Of a stretch of 64,000 nt of DNA, positions 1-13,900 are shown piece after piece. A model generated the notes under the pieces. It had not been told where the DNA came from. It searched no databases and was given only the letters and a program-made list of their open reading frames with translations. The stretch comes from Mayamaea pseudoterrestris (taxonomy: Eukaryota). Position numbers and translations under genes: made by a program. Position 1 is the stretch's first letter. The number at the start of each line of letters is the position of its first letter. The DNA is taken from contig BROI01000021.1 in assembly GCA_027923505.1 (NCBI GenBank), positions 558,001 to 622,000 on the forward strand. The letters run 5' to 3'.

Positions 1-849
1 ATAAAGCTTCTCCGTGAGTTCAAACACGAACATATCATTGACCTGGTCGACTGTTTCACTACACCCGATCAAGCTGTCTGTCTCGTATATGAATGTGCCT
101 ATACGGATCTTGAGAAGATCTTAAACAACAAGGCGATACCCTTGTCTATGGCAGACATCAAGCGTCACATTCTATCATTGCTCAGCGCCGTTGCTGCATG
201 CCACGAACGATTCATATTGCACCGAGATATTAAGGTAAGAACATAAACGGCTTGCCATGCTCGACACTACTTATTGCTTCATTCTCATTGATTGCTTCTC
301 ACGCTTTCTACGGTTCAGCCCGATAATATGCTTTTTCTAAAAGATGGAACGATGAAATTAGCTGATTTTGGTTTGAGTCGCATGTACGGGACACCTAAAA
401 CGCGGTTAAGCCCACAAGCGATCACTCTTTGGTATAAGCCGCCCGAATTATTGCTCGGAGCATACGAGTATTCTTCATCGGCAGACATCTGGAGTGTTGG
501 ATGCATTTTTGCAGAGTTGCTGCTCCGACGGCCGTTTCTGCAGGGCAAGAACTCGGATATCAGTCAGCTTGACACAATTTTTACCGTTTTTGGTACGCCC
601 AATCAGACAAATTGGCCTGATCACGAGACACTTCCTCTTTGTGCCAGAGGCTTGGCGTGGGACGAAACCACGCCGATACCATTTGATGAGATATTCACGG
701 CTGCTCCCAAGGATGCAATCAGTTTGTTGCGCAGCATTTTGGTGTTGGATCCAAACATGCGCTTTTCGGCATCGCAAGCACTTAGTCATCCATATTTATC
801 GAATGATCCACCACCTACAGTTAAGGAGAATCTTGTGTTGACGGCGTAG
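1..849 (+). CDS. Cyclin-dependent kinase, CDK7/CDKD (CAK)-like; 5' end lies outside the window. Exons <1-234 and 319-849
   Basis: Frame 1 reads IKLLREFKHEHIIDLVD...ILHRDIK. A GT-AG intron at 235-318 joins this to PDNML...KLADFGLSR...WYKPPELLLGA...DIWSVGCIFAELLLRRPFLQG..DISQL..IF..FGTP, a CDK7-type C-lobe. Confidence 0.8.
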
Positions 850-946
850 TACAAGAGTCGTCTGTAAGGTGCATTAAACTAGTGTGGTATGGTCAAAACA
901 ACCACACAATTATGCTTATGGTTAAGGTAGATCGAATCTGAAGTAT

Positions 947-3900
947 TTAGAAATCCGAGTCGCTTTCCATGTCGCTTGCGGAGTCCTCGTCATCCGAATC
1001 GTCTAAAGTGTACGCCTTTGGCAAGACAGCACGAGAATGGCGCGGCAAGCGAGAGGCTGGCTGCTTCCGAGACTCGTCGTCGCTGTCACCTCTAAAATCG
1101 AGATCTGAGTCCATGTGGTCATTCTTGCTTGTCGCTTCCTTCTTGCGCGCTCGTTTGACCGGTTGGACTAGTTTCGTCGACTTCGTAGTAGGCGTTAGCG
1201 ACGCCTCGACAAGCATCTCATCATCAAGCACTTCTACAGAATCTTCAGACTCTAAATCAGCCATCTTGGGTGAAGGACGCTTGTGTTTGATTGGCTTAGG
1301 CTGTAACACTTTGAGAGGCGGAGAAACTTGCACCTTCTTGATACGCTCCATGAGGCTCATAGACTTGTCAGAGACATCGCTGTCGCTGTCGATCTCAAAA
1401 GCTGCCTTCGTTGCAGCTGCAGGAGCTACTTTAGTCGTAGCCTTCGCTTTAGCAGCTGGCTTACTGGCCGTTTTGGTAGCCACAAAAGATGTCTTGCCCT
1501 TCGCAAAAGTCATTGTGCGGTCGAAGGTCGGCTTTCGCATGACTGGCATGGAAATTGACTTGTCGTCGTTAGAATCAACCTCCATCACATCGTCATCCGA
1601 TGACGTTTCCTGATGGCTGTCCCATTCGTGAAAATTTTTCTTTTTGGTAATGGGTTTCTTTTTGTCCAATTTGGCGCGGTGCTTGGCATTTTTGACTTGG
1701 GCTCGCTTTTCGCCGTCAGCAGCAGCAGCCAGAGACAAGTCGCGCTCGTCGAGGGCCTTTTCAATGGCGTCAAGGTCGTTTGACCAAAGATGGTCAGGCG
1801 ATGTCAAGCGAAGAGAATCTAATTCTGCTGTTTTCTGCACAAGCAACACTTTGAGCGCATCAACCTTTTCCATTGTCAAGCTCCAGAGTTTCATGCCCAT
1901 CAAGTACTCGTAACCCTGACTGAGCTCTGACTGAGATTGCTCCATGTCCTCGCCGTCAACCTCTGCGTCACTCTTGATGTGATCGTCCTTGCTGCTATAC
2001 ATCTCATATCCCCGCTGCTTGAGTTCAAGAAGAATGTCGTTTCGGCGCCTATTGTTGACGACAAGAATGCCCGAACATACCTCTTCGACGAAGCGTGCCT
2101 TATTGGAAAGTATATGCTGTTCGCGTTCGAGCTTGCAAATAAGAAGGTCCTTGCGCTTGTGGTAGAATTCAATACGAACGTCGTAGAAAGTTTTAAGAAT
2201 GTCGGCGGTGCTCTCGTACCTAACGAGCGATCCTTCTTTGTCAAATAAAACCATGTTAGTCTCAGACAATGAGCTGGTTAGCTTAAACTTTCCAATCAAA
2301 CCATCCTTGGACTTCTCCCACTCGTCTATTTTGGCGCGTTCAGCCGTCAAGGTGAAGGAAACAGTTGTATCAGTATGATTCTCCTTGAAATCCAACAGCT
2401 CGGGTGGTGACTTTGCGTCAGACACTAGCATCTTCTCCAGCGCTTCTTTGTAGTCCTGCGTCCACTTTCGAATCGGCAACTCAGATATCAACATTGTCGT
2501 ATCACTTAAGCGTTCGATTTTCCCTTGGACCTTATACTTTCCTTGGCCGATTGAAACAATCTAAGAGAAAATCAAGAAATGAGAATATTCTGCATTGAAA
2601 GACAAAGAAGGTCACTAGCGCAGCGAATACTTACATCACCACTGAATCCACAGTAGCTTGGGCGCATGTCTTGAACGCTACTCATTTCGCCACGTTCCAT
2701 AATCAGGGCTCGCAAATTGGCGATGATTTCACGCGGGTCATAATTGTTGACCGAGCTGGACCAACCGGTACCGATACCATCGGCGCCATTAACCAAAACC
2801 ATGGGAATGACTGGAACATAGAATTGGGGCTCGACGGAGATGCCGTCATCGTTCAAGTAGTGCAGCAGCTCGTCGTCATCGGGGTGAAAGATCGCACGGG
2901 CAATAGGCTCGAGCGACGTAAAGATGTAACGAGGACTGGCGGCATCCTTGCCGCCCATTCGACGGGTGCCAAACTGCCCTGACGGAGTCAGGACATTCAC
3001 ATTATTCGAGCCGCAGAAGTTTTGCGCCATGTTAATAATCGTTTGCTGCAAAGAGGCTTCGCCATGATGGTATACGGCATGCTCGGCGACGTATCCAGTT
3101 AGCTGCGCGACCTTAATTTCATGCTTTAATTTACGCTTGAAGCAAGCAAATAGGACCTTTCGCTGGGACGGTTTGAAGCCGTCAATGATACTGGGGATGG
3201 AACGCTCGTTGTCGTAGTGGCTGAATTGGATGTATTCCTTGTTGATGAACTCACTGTACTTGACACCCCCTTTGGCGCTCGCTTCTATGTAGTCCATAAA
3301 GTCATCTTTGGAAGTAGCATTCAACCAATCCTTGCGATCGTTTGCTCGATCCTTTTTAAAGACCATGTCAATCAAATCGGACCCTGTTGGATCAATTGAC
3401 ATACGCGCGAAGTGCACCTCATGAAGGTCCAAATTTGAAAAATATTCCTTTGCTTCCGTACTCTGGTGTGACAGAGAACAACAACGTGAGAAATCGCGAA
3501 AAGAAATTGGATCCTCTATTCGCGAATAGCCCCTTACCGTGGACGTTCCAAGTCCTTTGTAGTACTTGATGGTCCATCCCTTTCCATTGTTTCCTGTCGT
3601 CTCCATCCACTCTTCGTACTCGGGCAAGGTGAAAAAAGTTTTAGTCTGCTTGCCCTTCGAAGCCTTTACGATGGGGGTTATGAACTGCTGCATGAAGCCT
3701 GGGACATCTAACAAACCAGGCCAAAACTCTGGAGGAGAAAGGCAAGTGTGAGTGGGTGCGCTAGCCATAAACAAACTGTTGCAAGTTATACGTACTGTGA
3801 ATAAAGTTGATTACGAGTCCCTTGATGTGGGACCCATCAACGTCCTGATCGCTCATAATCATTAATTTTCCATAGCGGAGTGTCTTGATGTTACTTGAAT

Positions 3901-5691
3901 CATATTGGGTACCGAACTTTAGACCGAGAATGTCGACGAGATTCTTGATCTCTTCATTAGCCATAATTTTCTTTGTCTCTGCGTCGCGAACGTTTAAAAG
4001 CTTGCCGCGCAGAGGAAAGCATCCATAGTAATCGCGACCAACCACAGCAATTCCAGACATGGCGAGAGACTTGGCTGAGTCACCTTCCGTCAATATGAGG
4101 GTGCAATCGCTGCTTTTACACGAACCGGCGTGGTTAGCGTCATCGAGTTTCGCAATGCCGGTCAATTTAATCTTCTTTGTTCCGCCTTTCTTTTTGAGAG
4201 CCTGGTTATCACGAAAATTCATGTATGACTCGATGGTAGTTACAATGTCAGACTTTTCGACAGCTTTCAAAAACTTTTCTGAGAGCTTAAATTCTGATCC
4301 AAAGGTCTTGGGCTTGCTAGTCAAGAACTCCTTCGTCTGGCTGTCAAAAGTCGGGTTGACAATCAAACAAGAGACAAAGATGTTAAGGTGGTTTTTGATC
4401 TGGTTGGGTTTTGGCTCCGAAATTTTCTTACGACGTTTAAGGACCTTGGCAAGATGCGCCGCCACCTGATCGGCAATGTAGCTGACGTGATTGCCTCCCT
4501 TATACGTGTTGATGGCGTTGACGAAGCTTACATGGTGCTGGCTTGCATCTCGCGAAGCCGATACGCCAACTTCCCAACGTTCTCCCTTCTCATAAGCTAC
4601 AGCCGCATCCAGCCCGTCAATGTGTGCCAAAAAGTCCTTAAAAGTCTTGATGGGGAGCTTCTTCTCATTCAAAGTGACAACGAGCTTCTTCCCAGAGCTT
4701 GCAGCCATGGTTCCTGCAATATCGTAGGCCCTTTTGGAAAACAAAGCAACCGTATCTTTGTCAAGACCTGACATTCCAAAGCGAGCATAGTCGGGGTAGA
4801 ATGTGATTTTGACGTAGTCTCCCTCCTTCCTTTCCGACGCCGATATTTTAGTAACTTTCGGCTCCTCCTTGACCGTCATGTTGTTGCGGAAGACTTGCTT
4901 AAATTTAAGGCCATTTTTGACATCCAAGCATTCGACAATGAACTTGGTACTGAAAACATTAGCCAGCTTTGCTCCATATCCATTGCGTCCGCCCGTCGTC
5001 TTTTGCTCATTATCGTCAAAGTTACTTCCGGTAAGGAGCTGTCCAAAAATCATGGAAGGAACGTAGATCTTCTCATCTTTGTGCATGACGATCGGAATTC
5101 CTTTTCCGTTGTTGCGCACTGACATAAACCCCTCCTCCGCGTGCACCACTATGTCAAGCTTGTCCATATTCGGATCGCGTTGCTTGTTGTCTGCGGCGTT
5201 TACGACAATCTCGTCAAAAATCTTGAAGAGACCAGGCGTAAAGACGATCTCTTTTTCGACAATGCGATCACCGTCCAAGACAAACATGGTTTTTGTATCG
5301 CGTTCAATCGAACCGACTGTGAAGCAAAGGCAGACGACGAATGAATGAGGACGGCTCTCGCGGCTGATAAATTCACTTGCAAATACGTACTGTAAGTATC
5401 TGGACGGAGGAGAATGTGCTCCAACTGAGTCTTCTTCTGGTACATCTCCTCGACGGTCTTCGATTTCCCTTTGCTGGAGGTCGCCTTCGGAGGTGCGGAA
5501 TTCATGGCGTTTTCCTTCGAGGCGAGGACAATCTTTTTCTTTGGTTTGGTGGGAAGCTTTACCGGCGAATCATCATCGGAGCCCAAGAAGTCATCCTCCA
5601 AGCCGCTCAAGGCACTGCTTAAGTACGAGTCGCTATCGCTATCCATGCTGGTTATCTTTTTTTGAATGATCGACGAAGCTTTTGCCGTCAT
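947..5691 (-). CDS. TOP2: DNA topoisomerase II (type IIA). Introns 5317-5390, 3729-3795, 3463-3537 and 2561-2634; start ATG at 5691 or 5646
   Basis: Motifs YQKKTQLEHILLRPDTY, EIVVNAADN, GGRNGYGAKL (GHKL ATPase), TEGDSA/PLRGK/DQDVDGSHIKGL (TOPRIM), YYKGLGTS and the catalytic AASPRYIF, plus an acidic/basic C-terminal tail. Four GT-AG introns join the frames. Confidence 0.97.
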
Positions 5692-5918
5692 GGATCTGCG
5701 CAATGCAGTCACCGGCCGTTGCGAACATTTCGAATGTATGCCAAGATACCCTACCGGCCGGCTCGCAAAAACTTCCGGTCAGACCTTACCACAACACCCC
5801 GATAGCACAAGCGCAAGTAGAGTAGCTAAATATCATATAGTGACTATAAGTCGACCACGAAGCTTCCTTGCGTCGTCTATAAGTATATAGACAAAAGTGA
5901 ACCTAGAGATTAAATCCA

Positions 5919-8900
5919 TCACTTTGGTGAGTATGCTCCCAATCGCGTCTCGAACTGCAGGCGCCGCAACTTATCTGCTCTGCGTTCCGTCCTCGCTTCG
6001 ATGCGCTTGCATAATTCGTTCCAAACGAGGCAAACAAGCGGATTTACTACTGAAAATAGATAATAATACCACGGAAGTGTTGCTCTTGACACGCTATCAA
6101 CCGTGAGACTGAGATACAGAACTGAATGGGACGCGTGAGAAACGATCTCAAGACGTACAGAGCGTGTGGCTAAGTCATTTACCTGTCAATCCAATGCTGA
6201 TGAAGACTGATAGAGCCCAGACATGATTACGGCAGATGGGAAGCTGGTCGACGATCAAATGGAAGCGGTAGACGAAAGATGTAGAGCAGATGATGACACA
6301 CAACACCAAGTGCGACAAGGCAAGGTCCCCAGCATTTATGCGTGCAGGCCCCGAATAGTATTTCAAAGCCTCGCAGCGAATCACATTTGCCCACACTTCC
6401 GCGTTTGGGCACTCGCGCAATAAGAGTTCTCGCTCATGGGTCAACATGAGGGCGCCATACGCTATCAGCCACATAATTGCCGACGAGAGCGCCGGTGGAA
6501 TCGCCTTGATTACAAGCATCGTGTAAAGTATTTTGCCTTCACGTCGTCGGAAGGTAATTGACTGGTCATTCTTCGGAGGCACATGCTTCATAACGTTCGG
6601 CTCGGCATCAGTCATGCATAAGGCCAGTCCAATGATTGGTAGGACAATTTGGAGGTACAAGACCGATCCGAGTGCGGGTACAAAGGGCACGACCGTCGAT
6701 AAACTGCAAGCACAAAATAGCACAAAAAAGGAAAAAGCGAGACATCCGTTTAAAAGGAAAATACATGCCGCTGTTGTGGCAGCAAGTGCCGCCCGACCTT
6801 GCTGCATGATGTCTGACAAATGTGAAACTGACGACGCGTTGCGAAAGCGAAAAGCACACGAGTGAGCTGAAATACCTGAAGCAAACTCAATTTCCGACCC
6901 TGTCGCAATTGGAGCTCTTCCGTCTTCGGATTCATTGTCATGAGCACAATGCTCGTCGAAAATGTCGATGCCTACCGCTATATCAGCAGTGGAAAAGATT
7001 GCCTCGTTCCATGGCATAGTCGATCCGACAGAAATGACAGTGTCGCTGTATTCTTGAAAGACTTCGATCATATCTCGCGTGGTTTGCTTGGTGACATCAG
7101 TAAACAAGCTGACAAGCAATGGTACATTATCAACCTCTTCCAAATGTCTTTTTACGTCATCGACTCCATGAGGCAGCCGGGCGTTCACGTCCCAATCGGC
7201 ATAGGCGGACGTCATTCGATGAGGATCTTCATCTTCTCCCGATTCAAGCGGTCGCAAAGATATCGCAGCATTCCATGACACATCAATCGAGAGTTGTATA
7301 GCCAGCTCTTTCTGACGCCGCATATTTCGAGGCGAGAAATAAACAAAACGCACACCAGCACCAGCAAATGCTTTCAACAAGCGTTGGATCTCGCCCCTTG
7401 GCACGACGAATGAGCCGAGGACACCCAGAAAAACCTGGTTCTTGGCAAGCGACCACTCGTCAGATGGGTTCTTGCTCTTCCCAGCCCAGCTCATGTCAGT
7501 TATGCCGTCAAATAGATACAATCTGTCTTCCGTAGCGACGTCATCAATACGATTTTCTAGGGTGCGAGGTATCGGCGAATACGCAAATGCTGTGACGTCC
7601 AGATCTGCCAGCTTCCAGTCATTCGTCGTTTCTAAAATTGTCCTCCTATCGCCGGCCGCTAGTGGCAGAATTGTTGATATTTCTCCTTGCCACGCTTCGT
7701 GACAAAGCTCAATAACAACGCTTGGATCGCCTATAGTGAGCACCTGATACGCCTTGGACCTGCTATCTTGAACTATCACACTAGTAGCATCTGGACGAAC
7801 GTATCCCCACCATCGAGATTGTTCTGAACTGCGCTCGTGTGCATCAATCTCTAAACGTTCGTTGACCATAGATTTTGACAAGATATGAAGTCGAAGCTTC
7901 TCCATATAGGGACTAAGGTCACCCCTGTCACCAGATGCATTCGGCTCGCTGGAAAAACCGATGCATTGCCCAAGAGCTCGTAGTTGATTGCTCCGACGCT
8001 CGCGGCACACAAAAGGAACCAGTTTCGACCGAGCATCGGATAATCGATCAAAACGACAGTCGCCGTCTCTATTTGAAGACACAAATTCATTCTTATTCCC
8101 GTCGACAACCAACGAGGCCAGCCCGATGCACTTCAATGATGGTAAGTACTGCCACCATGTGGGATCTTCAAATTGCACTTCATAAATAGAAGACTTCTCC
8201 ACCGCCACTGTACTATTTGCGGGTGCCTCTTTGCTTCTCATTTTACCGCCTGGGAGGCGGCGAAACACACTCCCGCCCCTCAATGAGAGGAACTGAGCTT
8301 CATTGTCAGAGGAATCTGAACTACTGCTACGAGAATCGTCACTGTCATGGTCACTATCTTCGTCATGGGTTAGACACAAGTCTAGGAGCTTCAGGCCCCT
8401 AGCTGATGGAATAATAAGCTGCTGGGGAATAGCATGGGGCTCGCAGACAATTTGGTCGTCTACCACTGAAACGCAAGTTGCAACGCCAAGTTTCTCCAGA
8501 AGACACTGCGAGACAGGAGGAACCGGAAGCATATTCTCCTTTCCTAATCGGATCAGAAAGAGTGTGCCTATGATGTCGCCGCTCCAAAGAAAAAATTGCC
8601 AAAGTGAAAGTCGCGAGAGAAGTGTTGCAACAATGTATCGGAGCAACAGGCGAGAATTAAGAAAATAACGCCGCACATAATCTTCACCAGATCGTGGAGC
8701 TGCAAGATGATGGACAATTGTAAGAATTCTAGCTGTGCCAAGAATTTCGGTGATGAACAGAAACGCTGGACCAACGACTGGCAAAATGCCGATAGCCGAT
8801 AGAAGGGGCAGAGGCAAGAGGAGTGACAGGTCCCCGTTCACGGAGTCAAGCCGGACAAACGACACAAATGTCGTAAGTAGGAGACAAATCAGTGCAATGA

Positions 8901-9993
8901 CAGAAAGAAGTTTACGGATCTCGATCAACTGTCTAAAGGTTTCAGAAGGCTGTGGCAACACTGCGAAAAAAAGCAGATTGTGCCTGTTAGCGAAAAAGCA
9001 AGATTATCTGGCACATAGTAAAGTGCCGCACGCACCGGAAGGCGTTCGAAGAGACTTCTTTAAAGGTGTCTCCATGACCAGGAAAACCCGCAGACCATTG
9101 CACAAGGGCAAAAAGTGTTCAGAGTTTTTAGGAAACGTGGACCTGCCGACCGGCAACATCGTAAAATTGACATCGTCGCGCAGTGATTCAGTCGTAATTG
9201 TCTCTCCGATACGAAATGTAAGAGATATCGAAGTCTCCTCAACCAGTGTGCAATCTGCGGGAGCTAAATCTCCAATTTGCAACGCAATGATATCTCCCTG
9301 AACAAGCAAAAGGCTAGGAACTCTACTCCATGCAGCCGACGCCTGGCCGTTTTGATCACACACTCTGTACACCGGCTAGAATAGAGCGGCAAAGTGAGAA
9401 AAAGCAGAACACAACGGACCACCATATTAGATACTCACGTAATTGTCAGTCAATGAGGTACCGTGTATATTTCTCTCGTTCGATTCCATCACCACGGCAG
9501 GTACCCGATGTGAAATATCTTCGCTTTTGGCTGCGACGTTCTTTCCGCGAAGAGATTTTCGCAGAAAGTTCCTTATAATTCTTCGCTTGGCATTTTCGCT
9601 ATCATTGTACCAGAGTTTTTGTCGCGATCGAAGCATGTATAGGCTCATAGTCGCTCCGGCAAGAAGAACCAGCGATGCCGCACACTGTGTTTTATACACG
9701 GACAATGCAGCCGTTGCATTCAGAACCGTGTTGCTAATGACACCAGCCCGAGCAAGCCAAGAAATACATGAAACTACCAACAATGCAATAGTAAGCAAAA
9801 GCGAACCCGCATACAGATCGAGATCGTAGTAGATCCATTGAGAGGTTAGCGAACGTTTCACCGGGGTGCACGCCGATGTGCTCGTAGACACCGGCTTGCT
9901 TGGCTCCTCTTTCAAATAATTTTCTAGTGTCTGTCGTAGACGATGGCGAGCTTCGTGCCAAGAAAGAGGTTCAACTCGCATAATTCTGTCCAT
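5919..9993 (-). CDS. TMEM94: TMEM94/KIAA0195-like, P-type-ATPase-like membrane protein. Introns 9376-9438, 8961-9035 and 6122-6182
   Basis: Motifs VPSLLLVQGDIIAL, RFVYFS and HLEEVDNVPLLVSLFTD. A last exon missing from the ORF track (6121-5919) encodes ...RRLQFETRLGAYSPK*, matching the TMEM94-type C-terminus. Multiple TM helices. Confidence 0.82.
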
Positions 9994-10198
9994 AATAGCT
10001 GCGATATCGGTAGCTCCCGCTGGATATGTGACGACGCACCACCAAAGAAAAAAAGAGTCAAAACCGGTAAGACAGTCATAACGCGGCCGACGGGGACGAT
10101 CACATCGCGGCTAATCGCAAATCGCATCTCCTACACAAAACCTCCTACCACTTCCACTGTCTTTTACTACAACCTACATACTCACAAGCTCTATAACC

Positions 10199-10836
10199 AT
10201 GGGCGACGAAACAAAGCTGCTTGCCGGAACGATGCAAACCGATCCGCGATCGGGTCATATCAAAAGTACGGTGCAATCGGTACTCGCAGGCTGGCATTCA
10301 TCCATCAGCTCGATGGCTATCGATATATTCACGAAATCTCATGAACCAATTCTCTCTCCTTTGCAGAAAGTTCAGGCGTCAATCCATTGCCGGTCATTGC
10401 TGAAAGTGAGTTTGCGCAGGTTCAAAGGGTAATCGTCAAATTGCTGCAGCATAAGGCACTCACACATACACATCGGCCCAAACTCTATTGTTTCTCAAAA
10501 AATGTAGCATGGCAAAAGATTCGAGACAATAACAATCACGACGTGGACTGGCTCATTGCTGGCTACGACGGAAATAGCAAGACGGACATAACTGTCTTGG
10601 CTTCCGGCAACGGTGGGATTGCAGAATGCGCCAGAAACTTGCCGGTGAACGACGTTTGCTTTGGTGGTTGTCGCCGCAAGACTGGACGATTTACTAAATT
10701 CTACTATGCCGCTGAAGGAGCTAGCGTTATGAAGAAGGGTAGAGCATCAATGCATAAGAACGGAGTTCTGAACGTTATGGAAGGGTGTGACGATGAGCTT
10801 GCAATGAAGCCGGATCTCGCTGACTCGGATCTTTAG
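10199..10836 (+). CDS. Small ADF-H domain actin-binding protein (coactosin/drebrin-like). Probable introns 10266-10366 and 10406-10507
   Basis: Spliced product ...WQKIRDNNNHDVDWLIAGYDGNSKTDITVLASGNGGIAEC...KFYYAAEGASVMKKGRASMHK resembles ADF-H domains. The gtacgg and gtgagt donors are phase-compatible with cag/tag acceptors. Confidence 0.7.
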
Positions 10837-10908
10837 GCAAACCGTATGTACTAAATAGAACCTTACTTATACAGTAAATGCGCTTTAAGATGGATCGTAG
10901 TGTTGATG

Positions 10909-13900
10909 TTAACTTTGTCTATCGTGTAACAGCTTCTCGACGCTTTCGCCTGCTGCGATGCGCTCGATTAACAATTCCGGTGCCATGTCGAGTTGCTTAG
11001 CAATGGCTAAAATTCGCTTCAAATCGTCACAGATGTTCTTGCTTATCAGGGTTCCTTGCTCGCTTTCTTGACTGGCAACATCAGACAGTCCACTAATCGT
11101 CGCATCTAACTGGCCAACCGCCACATGCTGTCCTTTATGACATCTCCTTCTTTCCTCGTTTACCGATGACGAATTGTCTTCGGTTACAACCTCGCTATCG
11201 CAAGAGGGATCATACCCTGTTGAGTCACTGTACGTTGTTTGCCTTTCGTTATCATCCGAACCGGAAGAAGATGTTCCTACTAACCCTTTGAAACTTTGCA
11301 CCAGCCATTGCGCAGCTTTATCAATTGGTGCGGCCGCTTTAGTGTGCGACTTTCGAGCGGAAAGAGTGATTGACGTTGCGCGTGTAGTGCTTCCATAACT
11401 TTCGTAATCTCGTGAATTGAAACTATGGGAGACTGCACCATCTACAGAACTGTCGCATAGATGCTCGACTTCCACCGACTCGTTGTTGAAGCTTGCTTGA
11501 CGAGTTGTCGAACCATCCTCTTTGGCTGGCTGCCGCGGCGTCAAAGGCCTTCTTTTGCGAAAGAAGGATGAATTGATTGCTCCATTGGCAGGACATGTGA
11601 TGGGCATATCAACGCCAACTTGAGGGAGTTCTCGTACGGGCCGCCTCATAATGCCAAACAAGGTTCTCTTTGCTGTAACAGGAACCAGCGCTGAATGGAT
11701 ATCGCTGGAAATGTCTGGCGGAACCACTATTACCGATTCCACCTTGGTTGACACGGATGCCATCGAGGTGCCGTTATTTTTATCACCAGGCGTACCTACA
11801 TCATCTTGAATTGTATCGACACAAGTCCAAGGCTCGAGTAGCGGATTGAGGACAAAATGCCCGTATGGTTGACAAACACTTCTAGTGATGGCAGGTGATG
11901 GATGCACTGGGTGTTTTGACAGTCTTCTCCCAGTTGACATAGCACTTATGTACGTTGCGCCATCGGGCAAAGGCACCACTTCAACAGAAGTCATGTGTTC
12001 ATCCGAACAATCAAGGTCAATAATGAAGTCTTGCGGTTGTTGTAAATCATCAGAAACATCCTGATGGTGCAGTATCAAGTCATGAAGCTCAGGTTCACAC
12101 TCTTTGCTGACCAATCGAACTTCGTGCAGAATCTCCGTCTCCGGAGTAAGGTGAACTTCATCGTCGTTTGGAAAAACTATTGAATCCCTTTTTGACCGTC
12201 CAGCTGAGACGCGACATGGCGAGGACGGGTTTCGCATCGATCGCACTCGGCCCATTAGGGACGAAAATCGCTGCAGCTTGGGAGACTGAATCTTGTAGCT
12301 TGCTAAAGAACGAGCCTCTTTAATAGATAATGGCCCCGTTTCAACGACAAGACATGATCCCGAGTTCCTTGGACTCATCAGAACTTCAATTGCGCCACCT
12401 GTACCCTCTCGCTCACTAGCTTCCAGAACTGTGATCATAGTTCTTGTGTCGTCATCGTCAGACCCCGGTTGCGTGAGTGCAGAATCACGAAAGCTGGTAG
12501 CAAGACCAGACGGTTCGACGTCTTGATTACTGTCCTCCAGAAAAATCGTATTGCTTCCTCTCAACTTGAAGATGAACGGAAATAGTTGCCTTACTTTGCC
12601 CTTTCGCTTTGTTGGAGAAAAGGGTTCGATTTTCTTCGCCGATTCCTGCCCGGAGCTGCAACTTTCATGGAGCGGAGGTCTATCGCACACCTTTGGTGGA
12701 TCCGACATACACTCTTCTACATCCGAGACGTTGGATTTGACTGAAGGAATGGCCAGCATAGTTTGCTGCATATCTCTGTCAATTAAAATGTCAAGCTCAG
12801 CAAAAGGCGTTTCGTGATCGTCCAAGCCCGCATACAAAGAGTCCAGTGAAGATTTATCATCGGCATCTGTCGCAAACGTATTGAAGTCTGTCTTGCTTCG
12901 TTCTAGCAATCGATAATTCTCCTTGATTTGGTCGCCTGAGTTGGTAGATGGAAACGAAAAGAGTGACGACGAGGCCGCAATTTCAAGGTCCGGATGGTAA
13001 CTTTCCTTGTCGTAAGCAGCGGTGGCGCATGAATGTTCGAAAATACTCATCGGGAGCTCTTGCTTCTCCATAGCCGTGTCCGCGTCAGTAATGGCAGAAA
13101 AAATTGATGATCCGCCAGCTGCGTTTAGTCCATGATCTTGCGGGGATGGAAGCTCAGTCAATGTCTTATGCGGAATCATGCTGTTGCCAAAAGTCGCAAT
13201 AAAAGAAGTATAATTCCATCCTTCATTACGCTTGACGTCAATGTCGACCCCATGCGGTGGAGATCTTATTTTAACAACTCTGGGCGAACTTTTAGGTAAT
13301 GGGTGAAGATTTCTACCGGTAGACAATGACGGCACTTCTCCGTTTAATTGCTTTCCTCCTGCGAGCGATGTTACCCGGCCGATGTTGTAATCGTCAGTTT
13401 CGTGGCTTGCAAGCACTATTTCTGGCTGAGATTCAGTCTCAATTGGTTTACGGTGCCGTTGTGGAGCCTTGGGCTGATTGCGAGAGCTTTTGGGGCCTGT
13501 CGGCGTGAAAGAATCATTATTTGCTGCAACCATTTCGCACAAGTTACGACGTAATGAACCGCGGGACGAATTTGTTTCGTAAATCGATATGCGAGACGGC
13601 GCTTTTATCCGCTCACTCGACTGCTTTGGAATTAGTTTAGTAGGTTCTATTCGCGGTACGCTTTCTTTGCTCAGATCCAAACCAGTCCCTCCATGTGGCC
13701 TAAATCTCGATCTTGGACGTCCTATTTGTCCTATTTGCATGGTGCTGATTCGTCCAGTTTGACGCTCACAAGTTGTAGGTGACTGCACCGTCGAAGCGCA
13801 AGTGGTGGCAGTCCTACCTCTGCGACTAGGGCCACCTGTGATTCTGTCGGCCACTGGTGCTGACGTAGAAACCTTTGGTAATTCATTGCACTTCGACGTT

